Positions 17,800 to 27,703 of a DNA stretch of 41,256 bases are shown here, one piece after another. Position 1 is the stretch's first letter, and each line of letters opens with the position of its first letter. The notes beneath the pieces were generated by a model. It was not told the origin of the DNA. It ran no database searches and saw nothing but the letters and a program-made list of their open reading frames with translations. Origin of the DNA: a virus; UHGV virus genome UHGV-0203268. The stretch is one strand, 5' to 3'. A program made the translations under genes and the position numbers.

Positions 17800-18407
17800 T
17801 TATTTTTTGCGTTTCATTTTCTTTGCTTCTTTTTCTTCTGCTTCGACTTTTAAATCGATAAACGCCATTAAAATGCCGCGTTCACGAATGGACATTTTTG
17901 CAAATACAGACGGCAGTAAGCCGTTATTATGATACGCATGATATGCATACCAAAAATCACCAGACTCACTGCCGTCCTTCATCAGTTTTTTACTTCTTCT
18001 TTAATTTCTTCTTCATTGTCAAACCCGTTCAAATCAAGCACTTCTTGTGTGAGAGTAGCATATTCTCCGGCAAAAAGCATTGCTTTCAATGTGGCAGAAG
18101 CATCTCCGTCTGTTCCGTAAAAAGCTTGCAACTCCGCATTTTGCAAGTCCGGTGATTTTACACAACGGACAAGTAGCGCATCCCCATATTTATCTGTATT
18201 CAGGTCTTTCACGCGATTGCCGCCTTTTGCAATGCGAGTAGTCGTGTAAGCTTTTTTCAATTTGTCATTTTCTGATTCACGAATTGCTTCAATGACAAAA
18301 GGCTCTGGAAAACGTTCCAAAGCCACTTCTCTTGTTTCTGCTTCTGCTACGATCATAAAAGATCTAATATCCATCAATATTCCTCCTAAAAATTTGAGTA
18401 GTTTCAT
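17800..18407 (-). CDS. tail assembly chaperone pair (XkdN-like 141 aa at 17982-18407, plus a -1 frameshift extension ORF at 17800-17982)
   Basis: Slippery AAAAAAC at the 3' end of the 141-aa ORF (minus strand, plus coordinates ~17973-17979). The downstream ORF is in the -1 frame. Classic G/GT arrangement between tube and tape measure. Confidence 0.55.
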
Positions 18408-18410
18408 TTT

Positions 18411-18875
18411 TTAGCCTAACGTTGGTTCAACAAATGATTCTAAAATATCCGCATCATCAAATGTAAAGTCTACATCTTCATCAAGTGTTTCTGACTCAAC
18501 ATCTAATTTTGCGATCACAACTGAATCAAATAACACATTCTTAATCAATGTTGATTGACGACCAACAGTAGATTGTGGATCATCATTTGTGATCTTGATA
18601 GTGATTGCAGGAATCTTTCCTGATTTCAAATAATTTACGCCAATATTGGCAAATTCAGAAGTTACTTTATGAATTGTCATTGACCCCGAACCTGTAGCGC
18701 CAGTTACTTTTTGTTGCGTCATACGCTTACCCAAGACTGGCACTTCCGTTTTTGTTAGTTCCACTGTTGCTTCGATATTTTTCAAGAAAAACATCGGTAC
18801 ATTACGACCATCAATGGTCATGAAAGCAGTACCTTCACGACCATTAATCACGTCACCTGATTGTAAAAATCCCAT
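18411..18875 (-). CDS. tail tube protein (XkdM-like)
   Basis: 154 aa, follows the sheath gene. Confidence 0.65.
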   Translation of the reverse strand: MGFLQSGDVINGREGTAFMTIDGRNVPMFFLKNIEATVELTKTEVPVLGKRMTQQKVTGATGSGSMTIHKVTSEFANIGVNYLKSGKIPAITIKITNDDPQSTVGRQSTLIKNVLFDSVVIAKLDVESETLDEDVDFTFDDADILESFVEPTLG

Positions 18876-18894
18876 AGTTATTCATTCTCCCTTC

Positions 18895-20196
18895 TTATTG
18901 CACTACAACTAACATGTATAGTTTTTCCATCGCATCGATTGGCGTTACAGCAACTTCCACGTACACAGAATCTTTTTCGTTTCCAGGTACCACACTGATA
19001 TCGTCTGGACTGAATGTTTCAATTGCGCCTCGTGCAACCAGCGAATCAAAATAAGCAATTCGATTTGCTTTAAATAATTCACGGCCATCTACATCATTGT
19101 TCACTTTACCGTTGTAGTAATCTTCAAATGTTTGCTTGGTGTTGTTGGCAATGTCATCCAATACGCGAATCACACGGTTTTTCGAAAATGACTTGGATTT
19201 GTCGGAACCATATGTTACTAAACTATTAATATCCTGTTCAACTACAGCTGTGCCACGTTTTTCAGTGAAAACAAATTCGCCTGCTTTTAAAGCTGAAACG
19301 ATATCCGAATCAACATAACGAGGACTAACGTCAACTGCGCCATCATAAGCTGAGTAAGTCAATGATTGAGCCACACCTGCAGAAGCTGTTGCACCAGCAA
19401 CCCATCCTGTTGCTTTCACAGCATCAATCACAGTGCCATCTGATAAGATCACGCCATTTTTAACATTAATAACTGCCTCGCTATCAGCTGCATAACCTGA
19501 TACGACAACTTGGCATTTGCGACCTTCTTCCTCTCTCAAACGCTTGATAAAATTAGCTCCCGCAAGTTTGATTGTTTCATCAGTTACAGGCAACGCCAAA
19601 GTGTTAAAATCAAACAATTGAATTTTAGAGAAAAAGTCAAGATAATCTGCTGCAATTGGTTCAGTAGATGTTCCGCCGGTTAATGTCAATGTAGCAGTTG
19701 CAGGTGTTCCTTCACCTGTGAATGATACTAACCTATTTGCAACTAAATCTTTGATATCCTTAACCGATTGGCTATCTTTTTCTACGCCTTTGAGATAGGT
19801 AACTACATGGAAAATTGTGTCATCGTCAGGATCAGCTTTGATCACAACACTGATATTGTTTCCACCAACCCCACCATATAAAGCATTTACCGTCAAAGCA
19901 TCAGATGATGCACTTGCTTTCACACCTGTACCAACGCGCCCAAGCAACACTTTCGCTGCTCGTTTCAATGTTTCTTTTAAAATCAACAATTCAGGTTGAT
20001 TCAGTTCACTTGCGTATTCATCTAAATTAGAGATTGCAGTGATTTCCTTGATGCCCGATGGTCCATAAGGCAATGCTAAAGGCAACGCGACAATGCCGCT
20101 TGTGCCTTCAGAGGTTCCTGTTCCCCCTTTTGCCTTTAAATTGATATACGCACCAGGTCTCGTTTTGTTTTGAGTTGTAAAATTTCCTCCGGCCAT
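18895..20196 (-). CDS. contractile tail sheath protein (XkdK-like)
   Basis: 433 aa, N-terminal NFTTQNKTRPGAYINL, followed by tube and chaperones. Implies a myovirus-type tail. Confidence 0.7.
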   Translation of the reverse strand: MAGGNFTTQNKTRPGAYINLKAKGGTGTSEGTSGIVALPLALPYGPSGIKEITAISNLDEYASELNQPELLILKETLKRAAKVLLGRVGTGVKASASSDALTVNALYGGVGGNNISVVIKADPDDDTIFHVVTYLKGVEKDSQSVKDIKDLVANRLVSFTGEGTPATATLTLTGGTSTEPIAADYLDFFSKIQLFDFNTLALPVTDETIKLAGANFIKRLREEEGRKCQVVVSGYAADSEAVINVKNGVILSDGTVIDAVKATGWVAGATASAGVAQSLTYSAYDGAVDVSPRYVDSDIVSALKAGEFVFTEKRGTAVVEQDINSLVTYGSDKSKSFSKNRVIRVLDDIANNTKQTFEDYYNGKVNNDVDGRELFKANRIAYFDSLVARGAIETFSPDDISVVPGNEKDSVYVEVAVTPIDAMEKLYMLVVVQ

Positions 20197-20414
20197 TATT
20201 TAACTTCCCCTTTCAATGCTTTGCTTAGTAATTTCTTTGCATCAGAAATAGAGTAAGATTCACCTTTTTGAACGATTGCTTGTAAAAAATCTTTCTCATT
20301 TCTTGTAAATTCCTTTGACTGACATAAATCATCAATACCAAATTTTGGTTCTTCAACAGTCGGAGTTTCTTCAATCTTATCCGCCTGTTTCGTTAATTGT
20401 TTTTTAACCGCCAT
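20196..20414 (-). CDS. small hypothetical structural protein (72 aa)
   Basis: Overlapping, coupled ORF within the late operon. Confidence 0.4.
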   Translation of the reverse strand: MAVKKQLTKQADKIEETPTVEEPKFGIDDLCQSKEFTRNEKDFLQAIVQKGESYSISDAKKLLSKALKGEVK

Positions 20415-20823
20415 TTAGCAGTCCTCCTTTTTGACTTAACGCGTTCATTGGCGTGTCTGTTTGCTCGTATTTGCCACGATAGCGAACTTTAAAGGTAAAG
20501 TTCAATGTGCCATCTATCGGCTCGCATTTACGCTCATATAGCTTTAAATTCACATCATCGATAACCAAAAAATTATCGAGTAATGTATCGCGCATCGTAT
20601 CTAATTGCTTGTTTACATCTTTTTTTGAATCAGGAAAATAAACAACACAAAAACGATGTGTGCGCATTTCATAATTGGTTATTTCATCTTTCGATAATGT
20701 ACTGATTTCATACACGTAAAAAGATGGTTCTTTGAATCCTTGAGGTTGGTTTTCACGATAAATTGTAGGTTTATCTAGTATCTTAGCTAGTTGTTTACCG
20801 ATTCCCTTAATGATGTCCATCAA
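20404..20823 (-). CDS. tail completion / tail terminator-like protein
   Basis: Position between head-tail joining genes and the sheath. Confidence 0.4.
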   Translation of the reverse strand: MMDIIKGIGKQLAKILDKPTIYRENQPQGFKEPSFYVYEISTLSKDEITNYEMRTHRFCVVYFPDSKKDVNKQLDTMRDTLLDNFLVIDDVNLKLYERKCEPIDGTLNFTFKVRYRGKYEQTDTPMNALSQKGGLLNGG

Positions 20824-21296
20824 CTCACCCCAAATCTTCTCAAGTAGTTCAAAAAGCGATTCATTAGAATTGGATCAAGGTTTGCTTCGACTTCATCCAT
20901 CGATGCTTCTACAAAAAATTGACCTTCGACCCAACCTTTGTGATCAGCAGTGCGATGCCCATTGTTTACATATGGACCATATTCAACGTTGTTTGTCGCT
21001 TCGACTAATATCTCATCACCCATTTGAATAGCTGGAGACAAAAACCAACTTCGAGCTAAATGTCCACCAGATTTCTTGGCGGCGTCTTGCGGTTTAAACT
21101 TTAATAGTTTTCCTCCGCGAACAAAAAAGACAGTACCATCATATTGGCCAACAGGCGTGTTGTTTTTCAAAGCGCCTAGCATTCCGTTTCCTAGTTCATT
21201 CGCTACATCAAGCAAAAAGTTCTTGTCGTTCAACATGTCGTCGAAATGGTCCGCAAACTCTTGAAATTCGGTAAAATCAAACTCAATATCACTCAT
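20820..21296 (-). CDS. HK97 gp10-like head-tail joining protein
   Basis: Gene order and size. Confidence 0.45.
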   Translation of the reverse strand: MSDIEFDFTEFQEFADHFDDMLNDKNFLLDVANELGNGMLGALKNNTPVGQYDGTVFFVRGGKLLKFKPQDAAKKSGGHLARSWFLSPAIQMGDEILVEATNNVEYGPYVNNGHRTADHKGWVEGQFFVEASMDEVEANLDPILMNRFLNYLRRFGVS

Positions 21297-21682
21297 GCTT
21301 TCACCTTCTTGTTAATCATGAATTCTTGGTGAGTAGCATAAGATGCAAAACTTTCGCCACTTCGTTCATACTCATTTGTAACGCCATGACGATCCGTAAC
21401 AAAAATTTTAGATCCAGGAGGGATGCTGTGCTTTGGATTGCAATAAAGGTATGGCGATATTTCAGCAACAGCATAAACATCTTCTTTTGCTGTGCTAATC
21501 TGCCTTTTTTGCGCTATTCTGCAAGGTACATCAACGAGATAATCGTGCCAGCCACCGTCCGAAAACGGATCGTCATCATCGTTATCATCGTTGCTTGTAC
21601 CAAACACTTGGACAGTCATTTTGCTATCGTAGTGCTTTTCAAACTCTTTAGTTGCATATTCATATATATCCATCACAACCAC
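21293..21682 (-). CDS. head closure / head-tail adaptor protein
   Basis: Gene order and size (129 aa). Confidence 0.45.
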   Translation of the reverse strand: MVVMDIYEYATKEFEKHYDSKMTVQVFGTSNDDNDDDDPFSDGGWHDYLVDVPCRIAQKRQISTAKEDVYAVAEISPYLYCNPKHSIPPGSKIFVTDRHGVTNEYERSGESFASYATHQEFMINKKVKA

Positions 21683-21683
21683 C

Positions 21684-22061
21684 TCACAATAACTTTCTGA
21701 ACAAGTTAAGCGTACGTGTGTAATTACGGATGAATGATGCTTTACGTAAAGCAGACAAGCCTTGAATGACTTCTAATGACGTTGCTTTCGTGATAGCGAA
21801 ATCCCCTTCTGTGAGAGACTTAACTTCACCTTCGACGCCATTTTCACCACCTAAGTTAGTTTGAACCTCATTGATAGCATCGATGGCCATCATGACTGCT
21901 GTGTTATACAGTCGTTTAGGCAATTCATCGATGTGACAATAGTTAAAAATCTCATTTACTGCCGTTTCTAAGGCAAACAAAAAGACGTCATCCGATTTAG
22001 TATCATCAACGTCTTTCAGCTTTTTTAGTTTTTCTAATAACACTTGGAGTAATTCGTCCAT
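21684..22061 (-). CDS. head-tail connector (gp6-like / DNA packaging) protein
   Basis: 125 aa immediately after the capsid gene. Confidence 0.5.
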   Translation of the reverse strand: MDELLQVLLEKLKKLKDVDDTKSDDVFLFALETAVNEIFNYCHIDELPKRLYNTAVMMAIDAINEVQTNLGGENGVEGEVKSLTEGDFAITKATSLEVIQGLSALRKASFIRNYTRTLNLFRKLL

Positions 22062-22075
22062 AAAACGAACCTCCT

Positions 22076-23101
22076 TTATTCACCAGTTCCGCCAGTAGAT
22101 GCTGCAATGTCTGCACTGATTTTATGACGCAAGCAGATGATACCGATCTTCTTGTCTTCGCGGACTTTCTTCCAGTTTTTCGCAACCATTAAGTCAGCGT
22201 TTGTTGGTGTTGTGTCGGAAACCGTGTCATTTACGAATTCTAAACCAAATGGATGAATCACACGAGCGCGACGAACATACAACATATTCGCGCCTTTTGC
22301 TTTGTCGCGATCTGGTTCGTATGTCACCATGTCGTTTGGCGTAGCAGTATTACGACCAAATGCGCCAGTAGCATATAAGTAAGTTTCATACACGCCATCC
22401 ACTGGTAACAATGTATCATCTTCAACTACTCGCATACCTAAGTAAGTATCAAAACCAGACTTGGAATCAGAAGCTGGAATAAAATGTTTTGTTTGCACGT
22501 TTTGTTTTTCAAGTTCCGCCTTCACTTTTGAGTGCATTGCGATTACTGTTAATTTAGCACGAGAAGTACCTAAAATTGAGCGTGCATCAATGACCATTTC
22601 AGGACTGATAACTGGATTAGCTGCAGCAGACTGATCAGAAACATGAGAATCTAATAATGCACCTTTGTTAGCTCCTGTTCCTTTTGCAAACAATCCTTTG
22701 ATAATTGCTTGCATAATCGCTTGGTCAGACATCAAAGTATAGTCTGCAAAGTCATTTAGAATTTGTGTTGCTGGGTTGCTACCTGCCACAATTGCTGCTA
22801 AATCAGTGTAACTTGCTCCAGAACCTCGGTAAAGAACAGGCGCCACTTGTTTTTTAGCTGCTACTTTCCCAGTTTCCAATGATTTATCTTCATTCAACAC
22901 TTGGTCTGTCAAGCCTGTTTGTGACCATTCTGGCATAGTTACTAGTAAACCGCCTGCTTTAATGTTTGCGTCAAGTGTAGGTGTTGGAACCATGATTCCT
23001 GATTGGATAAATGCTGAATGTTGCTCTGATTTATAATTCGTGTATTGCGTATACTGTTCTGGAGTGATTGTATCCAGAATTTTTGTAATTTCGTTTGCCA
23101 T
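22076..23101 (-). CDS. major capsid protein
   Basis: 341 aa directly downstream of the scaffold gene. Confidence 0.65.
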   Translation of the reverse strand: MANEITKILDTITPEQYTQYTNYKSEQHSAFIQSGIMVPTPTLDANIKAGGLLVTMPEWSQTGLTDQVLNEDKSLETGKVAAKKQVAPVLYRGSGASYTDLAAIVAGSNPATQILNDFADYTLMSDQAIMQAIIKGLFAKGTGANKGALLDSHVSDQSAAANPVISPEMVIDARSILGTSRAKLTVIAMHSKVKAELEKQNVQTKHFIPASDSKSGFDTYLGMRVVEDDTLLPVDGVYETYLYATGAFGRNTATPNDMVTYEPDRDKAKGANMLYVRRARVIHPFGLEFVNDTVSDTTPTNADLMVAKNWKKVREDKKIGIICLRHKISADIAASTGGTGE

Positions 23102-23106
23102 TTAAA

Positions 23107-23688
23107 TTACTCTCCTTTTTCCATTTGTTGTTGGATAAATGTATCCACATCGTTTGCTTTCATTGCTTCTTCAAAAGATGCATAAACCTTTCCGCCTTGA
23201 CCACCATTTGGATTGTAGCCACCTGCTCCTGTTCCTAAATCAAACAAATAAGATTTTTCCTTCTGTAGCGTTTCTAATTGACTTTCTAACCCGACAACCT
23301 TACCAGATTCATCTAGTTTGACTTCATCCATATTGAGTAATGCACGAATATCTTTTGGATCGCGCGCTTTTGTTTTTCCTAAAGCTTCGTTTAGCGCATT
23401 ATCAAATTTGGCTTTTGCAATTTGGTCGTTTAGTGCTTGAGTGTCAGTATTGTATTTATCTTGCCAAGCCTTTAGCTGGTTTGATAAATCCTCGTTATCT
23501 TTTACCGACTTTTGCAATTGCTTCAAGTCCTTATCGCGTTCAGTCAATTGTCCCTGTAAACTAACAATTGTTTCATCTTTTGATGCGGTATCTGCTTTGG
23601 CTTTAGTTATAGCGGTACCGTGTAAGGCCATTACTTGTTTTGCCACTTCTTCATCAATTCCCAAGTTTAATAAATCTTCTTTTTTCAT
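23107..23688 (-). CDS. scaffolding protein
   Basis: 193 aa, highly charged, coiled-coil-like, upstream of the capsid gene. Confidence 0.6.
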   Translation of the reverse strand: MKKEDLLNLGIDEEVAKQVMALHGTAITKAKADTASKDETIVSLQGQLTERDKDLKQLQKSVKDNEDLSNQLKAWQDKYNTDTQALNDQIAKAKFDNALNEALGKTKARDPKDIRALLNMDEVKLDESGKVVGLESQLETLQKEKSYLFDLGTGAGGYNPNGGQGGKVYASFEEAMKANDVDTFIQQQMEKGE

Positions 23689-23832
23689 TTTGTTTCCTCC
23701 TAAGTTTTTTTGAGTCGCAACTCCGACTATGAGTCCGTCTTTTTGAGACTTACGCGCAGGTCTGGGTAAAATAAAAAGCCTTAGTCATCAACTAAAGCTT
23801 TGGTACACTATTTGTAGAAAGGTGGTGGTAAT

Positions 23833-24069
23833 ATGACACGAACAGAATTACTCGAAATAATCAACGCTTCAAAAGAAACGGTATTACAATCAAAAGAATT
23901 TAAACAAAAATACGAATCCGAAATTGTAAAACGTAGCGAAAATGGTAAAATCGCAATCTCTAATAGCGAAGCAATACTGATTTCTTTTGAATTAGCAACC
24001 GATTATTCAAACAGACTTATTCTAGAGGTTCTTGAGAAAGTTCTAGTACACGATTCTCAAAATCTTTAG
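23833..24069 (+). CDS. opposite-strand small ORF (78 aa) inside the head module; possible moron
   Basis: RBS GGTGGTGGTAAT before the ATG. Convergent with, and 3'-overlapping, the minus-strand 70-aa ORF. Confidence 0.35.
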   Translation: MTRTELLEIINASKETVLQSKEFKQKYESEIVKRSENGKIAISNSEAILISFELATDYSNRLILEVLEKVLVHDSQNL

Positions 24070-24229
24070 TTAATGCCTCTCTGTCAAAGCTTGCAGGAAC
24101 TTGCTGCTTCAAAAGAACTTTGATTTCTTGAAGCAGCTTTGTTTGTTTTTTCTGTTCTTTTAGTATTTCTTTCGGTAAATCTTTAATCAAAATATTTCCT
24201 CCTTCAAAATTTGTGTACAAAAATAGCAC
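24017..24229 (-). CDS. small hypothetical head-module protein (70 aa)
   Basis: ORF between the minor head protein and scaffold. Confidence 0.3.
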   Translation of the reverse strand: MLFLYTNFEGGNILIKDLPKEILKEQKKQTKLLQEIKVLLKQQVPASFDREALTKDFENRVLELSQEPLE

Positions 24230-24259
24230 TTACCAACATTTGAGTTAGTGAGTGCTATT

Positions 24260-24484
24260 TTAAAAAACGATATTTTTTAGTAGGGTTTCATCAAAAGGTT
24301 TGTTCTCTCTAATTGCTTCATTAACGGATTTTAAATCTTCTTCAAAGATTTTATCGATGTCTTCCAAATTACTTGGATGTCCTACTTGAAATAAGACATA
24401 TTTCGGAAATGGTAAATCAAAATGCTCCTCATACCTTCGTTTAGCATCTGCTATTTGCTTTTCGGTAATTGCCATTTGTCTCAC
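24260..24484 (-). CDS. small hypothetical head-module protein (74 aa)
   Basis: ATGA-coupled to the upstream minor head gene. Confidence 0.4.
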   Translation of the reverse strand: MRQMAITEKQIADAKRRYEEHFDLPFPKYVLFQVGHPSNLEDIDKIFEEDLKSVNEAIRENKPFDETLLKNIVF

Positions 24485-26277
24485 CCTTTCAAAATCAATC
24501 CAATTATCAAATGAAGATAATCTTTATCCTTCTCAATTCCAGTATAAACCATGGCGCCGTCTTTCTCAACTTTAGTTAGCTGCCCTTCGCCAGGTTCATA
24601 GATACTTTCTAACCCCATGCTAAGGACTTCCGTCGCATTACTGTATGATTTACCAATGTATGGACTAATGAAATTATCTTTTTTAGTTTTTTCATTATAG
24701 CCGTATCCATACCCCGGAAAAATTTCGGATAGAGGTATTTCCTTTTCGCCTGCCGTACGAGATTTTATCCATTCTTTTTCAATACGAACCAAATTGGGAT
24801 TGAAGAAATCCACCATATGCCCTATTTCATGCCACGCCGTAGTAGCTCTTTTCCCACTAGAATAAATACTAATGCCATCACCTGGCCAAGCCCCATTCAG
24901 GTATTTTCTTGCACTTGAGTTAACTAGCTCTCTGCTGAAAAAACCACGATCAGTCTTACCTGCAAATATTTTTTTGTTATTATCCGTAATATATTTCGAC
25001 CAATCAGTTGGGTAATGTTCGAAAGCCTCTTGTAGTTGCCCTTTAACTAATTTATTGGATCTAGTAAACCACGATTCTTCTGGAACAACTCCTCCCATAG
25101 GTCGATACTTGTTAAACACTTCGGTTAGCTTTTTCTTGTCTCCTAAAATATCAGAGACCCCATGTTTTTCATTAACGATTTTTCCTAAATCAATCAATTC
25201 CTGTGGCTTAGCTTTGTTCATGTCAATCTTATTCATGATTGCAAAAACGTCATTTCCTCCAGTGTTTCCAGTTTTACCTTGTTTCCACTCTTCATAAGGA
25301 ACAAAATCAACTCGTTCACTTTCGCCCGTCTCAGGATCGCGTGACCAACGTTTTAGATGAACCCATCCTTCAATATACGGAATGCTTCGACATCTGCAAT
25401 TTGGGTGACTTCCTCCCGGCGGTGGGTCTTGATTACCATCGACTTCAAATACTTGGGTATCAAGACTAGCACAATGCGCACACGTATTGACTTCAAGCGT
25501 GGCCATCCATTGCCATTGTTCCACATTTGTTTCACGGTATCCATCAAAAGCCGCTAATTCAGCAATATGAGCTGATTCCGTTTGCACCAGTGTTGTCATA
25601 CGACTTTTTGTCACGCCAGTCATGCCACGAGACAATTCTAGCTGCATTTTATCAATGCTCCAGCCGCTAACAGCAGCCTGTGATAAGACGTTTGTCAATC
25701 GTTCAGGTAATTCTTTGGTTAGATTGCCCCAGATGCGTGTGCTAAAGTTTCCACCATCCCATTTAGTAATAAGCGTTCGCCTTAACATGTTCTCATTGTA
25801 CTTTTCCCAATTGATGCCAAAATCAATTTGTCCACGATTGGATAATTCGTAAATCGTGCGGAAAAATGTTTCTTGTTTCTGGTTCAGTAAGTGTGTTTCT
25901 AGCTCCTGTCGTTCGATTCTAGCGGCTTCTACAGACTTTAGATATACTTGTGCGCTTAGTTGTTCAAGCCTGCTGATACGACTTCTGAAGTACTCACGAT
26001 TAAGTTCTTCTTCGTATCCGCCATCAATAGCTTTTTGTCGAAATTCTTTTAAGGCCATTTTCCATTTACGCTGATCTTCTTTGCTGATTAACGCTCGCAT
26101 GTCGTCCATAGACAAGCCATCTTGTGTGGCCCATCGTGCAAGAAAATCGTTCGTGGATTCACTCAACGACTTTCGCAATGTTTCCATACGCTTGTTCATT
26201 TGCCGCAGATAACGCTTATCTTCATGTTCGTTGAACAACCATAAAGACAAAAAGCGTTTTTCCCAATAACTAGACAT
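24481..26277 (-). CDS. minor head protein of the MuF/SPP1 gp7 family fused to a C-terminal HExxH (zinc-metallopeptidase-like) domain; candidate MuF polymorphic toxin
   Basis: N-terminal ~310 aa contains the CAHCASLD...HPNCRCR signature of Phage_Mu_F/gp7. C-terminal ~270 aa contains WHEIGHMVDF (aa 482-491) and no capsid-related motif. Confidence 0.75.
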   Translation of the reverse strand: MSSYWEKRFLSLWLFNEHEDKRYLRQMNKRMETLRKSLSESTNDFLARWATQDGLSMDDMRALISKEDQRKWKMALKEFRQKAIDGGYEEELNREYFRSRISRLEQLSAQVYLKSVEAARIERQELETHLLNQKQETFFRTIYELSNRGQIDFGINWEKYNENMLRRTLITKWDGGNFSTRIWGNLTKELPERLTNVLSQAAVSGWSIDKMQLELSRGMTGVTKSRMTTLVQTESAHIAELAAFDGYRETNVEQWQWMATLEVNTCAHCASLDTQVFEVDGNQDPPPGGSHPNCRCRSIPYIEGWVHLKRWSRDPETGESERVDFVPYEEWKQGKTGNTGGNDVFAIMNKIDMNKAKPQELIDLGKIVNEKHGVSDILGDKKKLTEVFNKYRPMGGVVPEESWFTRSNKLVKGQLQEAFEHYPTDWSKYITDNNKKIFAGKTDRGFFSRELVNSSARKYLNGAWPGDGISIYSSGKRATTAWHEIGHMVDFFNPNLVRIEKEWIKSRTAGEKEIPLSEIFPGYGYGYNEKTKKDNFISPYIGKSYSNATEVLSMGLESIYEPGEGQLTKVEKDGAMVYTGIEKDKDYLHLIIGLILKG

Positions 26278-26287
26278 AGCTAATCAC

Positions 26288-27703
26288 CTACTCATCTTCA
26301 ACGGTCGTCTTGCTGTTTCGATAGTCGTTTTCCATTCGATTATCGTCATCTTGTTCGTTCTTCAAAGAATCAAGTTCAGCTTGCCAATCTTCAACAAGCG
26401 GATTAGATTTCGCGATATTTTCTTTTGAGGTACTTGCTGCAAGTTTCGCAATGATATCTGCCTGCTCTAAATCGTTGTTGATTTGCGTGCGTGTCCATGT
26501 TTGCTTGATGGGGATATCTGGGTCTTTTCCATAGAACCGCAAAATGAAACGAACCAATTCAGCAAAGCCAATCCTGAACTCTGTTTCAAGTCCTGATGCT
26601 TTCAGTTCAAGCAGTGAATACATTTGCTTGAGGGCCACACCTGAATTATTTTGCCCGATGTTTTTCTGCGGGTCCACTCCTTGACCCAAAACAAAAATAG
26701 CCTCACGAGTAATCTCTAGGACCTTCGTACGTGCTTCGATTGGGATATCAATTGCAAGTGTATCTACACCGCCTTTTGAATCGTCATCATCTTCCACTTT
26801 CACCATTTTGTATTTTTTCAAATCATTCAAGAACTCTTGCTTGTCTGTACCGCTATAGTTAGTTAGCACAAAGATAATCTCTTGAATATCGTCAACATCA
26901 TTGACGAATCCTGAATACACTTTGTCGTATACATCGATTTGTTTTTTGATTTTTGCTAAATCGTTTTGCTCAATATGATTATTTCTGAATGGGATAAAAG
27001 GAATTTCACCCCACTCGTGTTTGAAATTATTGGTTTTGCCAACCTCTTGACCACTTGAAACATCATAAAGATTAAACATTTCATAGATTTGCAAGCCTTC
27101 ATCGATAGTGTCAGATGATTTGCGATAAAAACTTTCACATTCTTGATTATTCCAATATTCGTAAATGACAATTTTATCGCCATTGGCATCGTAATCTTGA
27201 TACACACGTAGAACGCCTTCTAACTTTTTATCCAGCGACTTTGAAAAAACAGGAATGATCTGTTTACTGTCAACGACTGCATAGCGGAAAAAGCTACCCA
27301 TATCGCCAGATTTATTGTCATCTTTCCATACATGTAACCACGCAATTCCTGCATTTGATGCATTAACTGCAAGCTCTTTTGCGACTTTAGGGAAAATATC
27401 GCCTAAAATTTTATCAATATTCTCGTTCATTTCGTCATCGTCAACATCGAATGTTGGGGGCACTGCCATCGTATAACTCGCTTTTTGGTCTACTAATAAT
27501 TGATGCCAAGGATGGCTAATGCGATTATCAGCATTGCGCAATGGATTGTTCGTATCGTCTGATTTTTTCTCAACGGGATTTTTTAGCTTTAAAATGTCAT
27601 TTTCGTTTTCGTAATAACGTTCTGCTACCTCTGTTTTGCTGATTACTTTTTCAAGCTGCAGCTGGTGCCGTTTAATAATCTTTTTAACTACTTCTATTTC
27701 CAA
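26288..27703 (-). CDS. portal protein (SPP1 gp6-like)
   Basis: ~470 aa between TerL and MuF. The probable TTG start at 27703, with RBS AGGTG, overlaps the TerL end. The track ORF extends to 27745. Confidence 0.75.
   Translation of the reverse strand: MEIEVVKKIIKRHQLQLEKVISKTEVAERYYENENDILKLKNPVEKKSDDTNNPLRNADNRISHPWHQLLVDQKASYTMAVPPTFDVDDDEMNENIDKILGDIFPKVAKELAVNASNAGIAWLHVWKDDNKSGDMGSFFRYAVVDSKQIIPVFSKSLDKKLEGVLRVYQDYDANGDKIVIYEYWNNQECESFYRKSSDTIDEGLQIYEMFNLYDVSSGQEVGKTNNFKHEWGEIPFIPFRNNHIEQNDLAKIKKQIDVYDKVYSGFVNDVDDIQEIIFVLTNYSGTDKQEFLNDLKKYKMVKVEDDDDSKGGVDTLAIDIPIEARTKVLEITREAIFVLGQGVDPQKNIGQNNSGVALKQMYSLLELKASGLETEFRIGFAELVRFILRFYGKDPDIPIKQTWTRTQINNDLEQADIIAKLAASTSKENIAKSNPLVEDWQAELDSLKNEQDDDNRMENDYRNSKTTVEDE

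Noticed and set aside
25055-26074. Multiple short plus-strand ORFs inside the MuF minor head gene
   Set aside because: Antisense shadow ORFs within a confidently assigned CDS.
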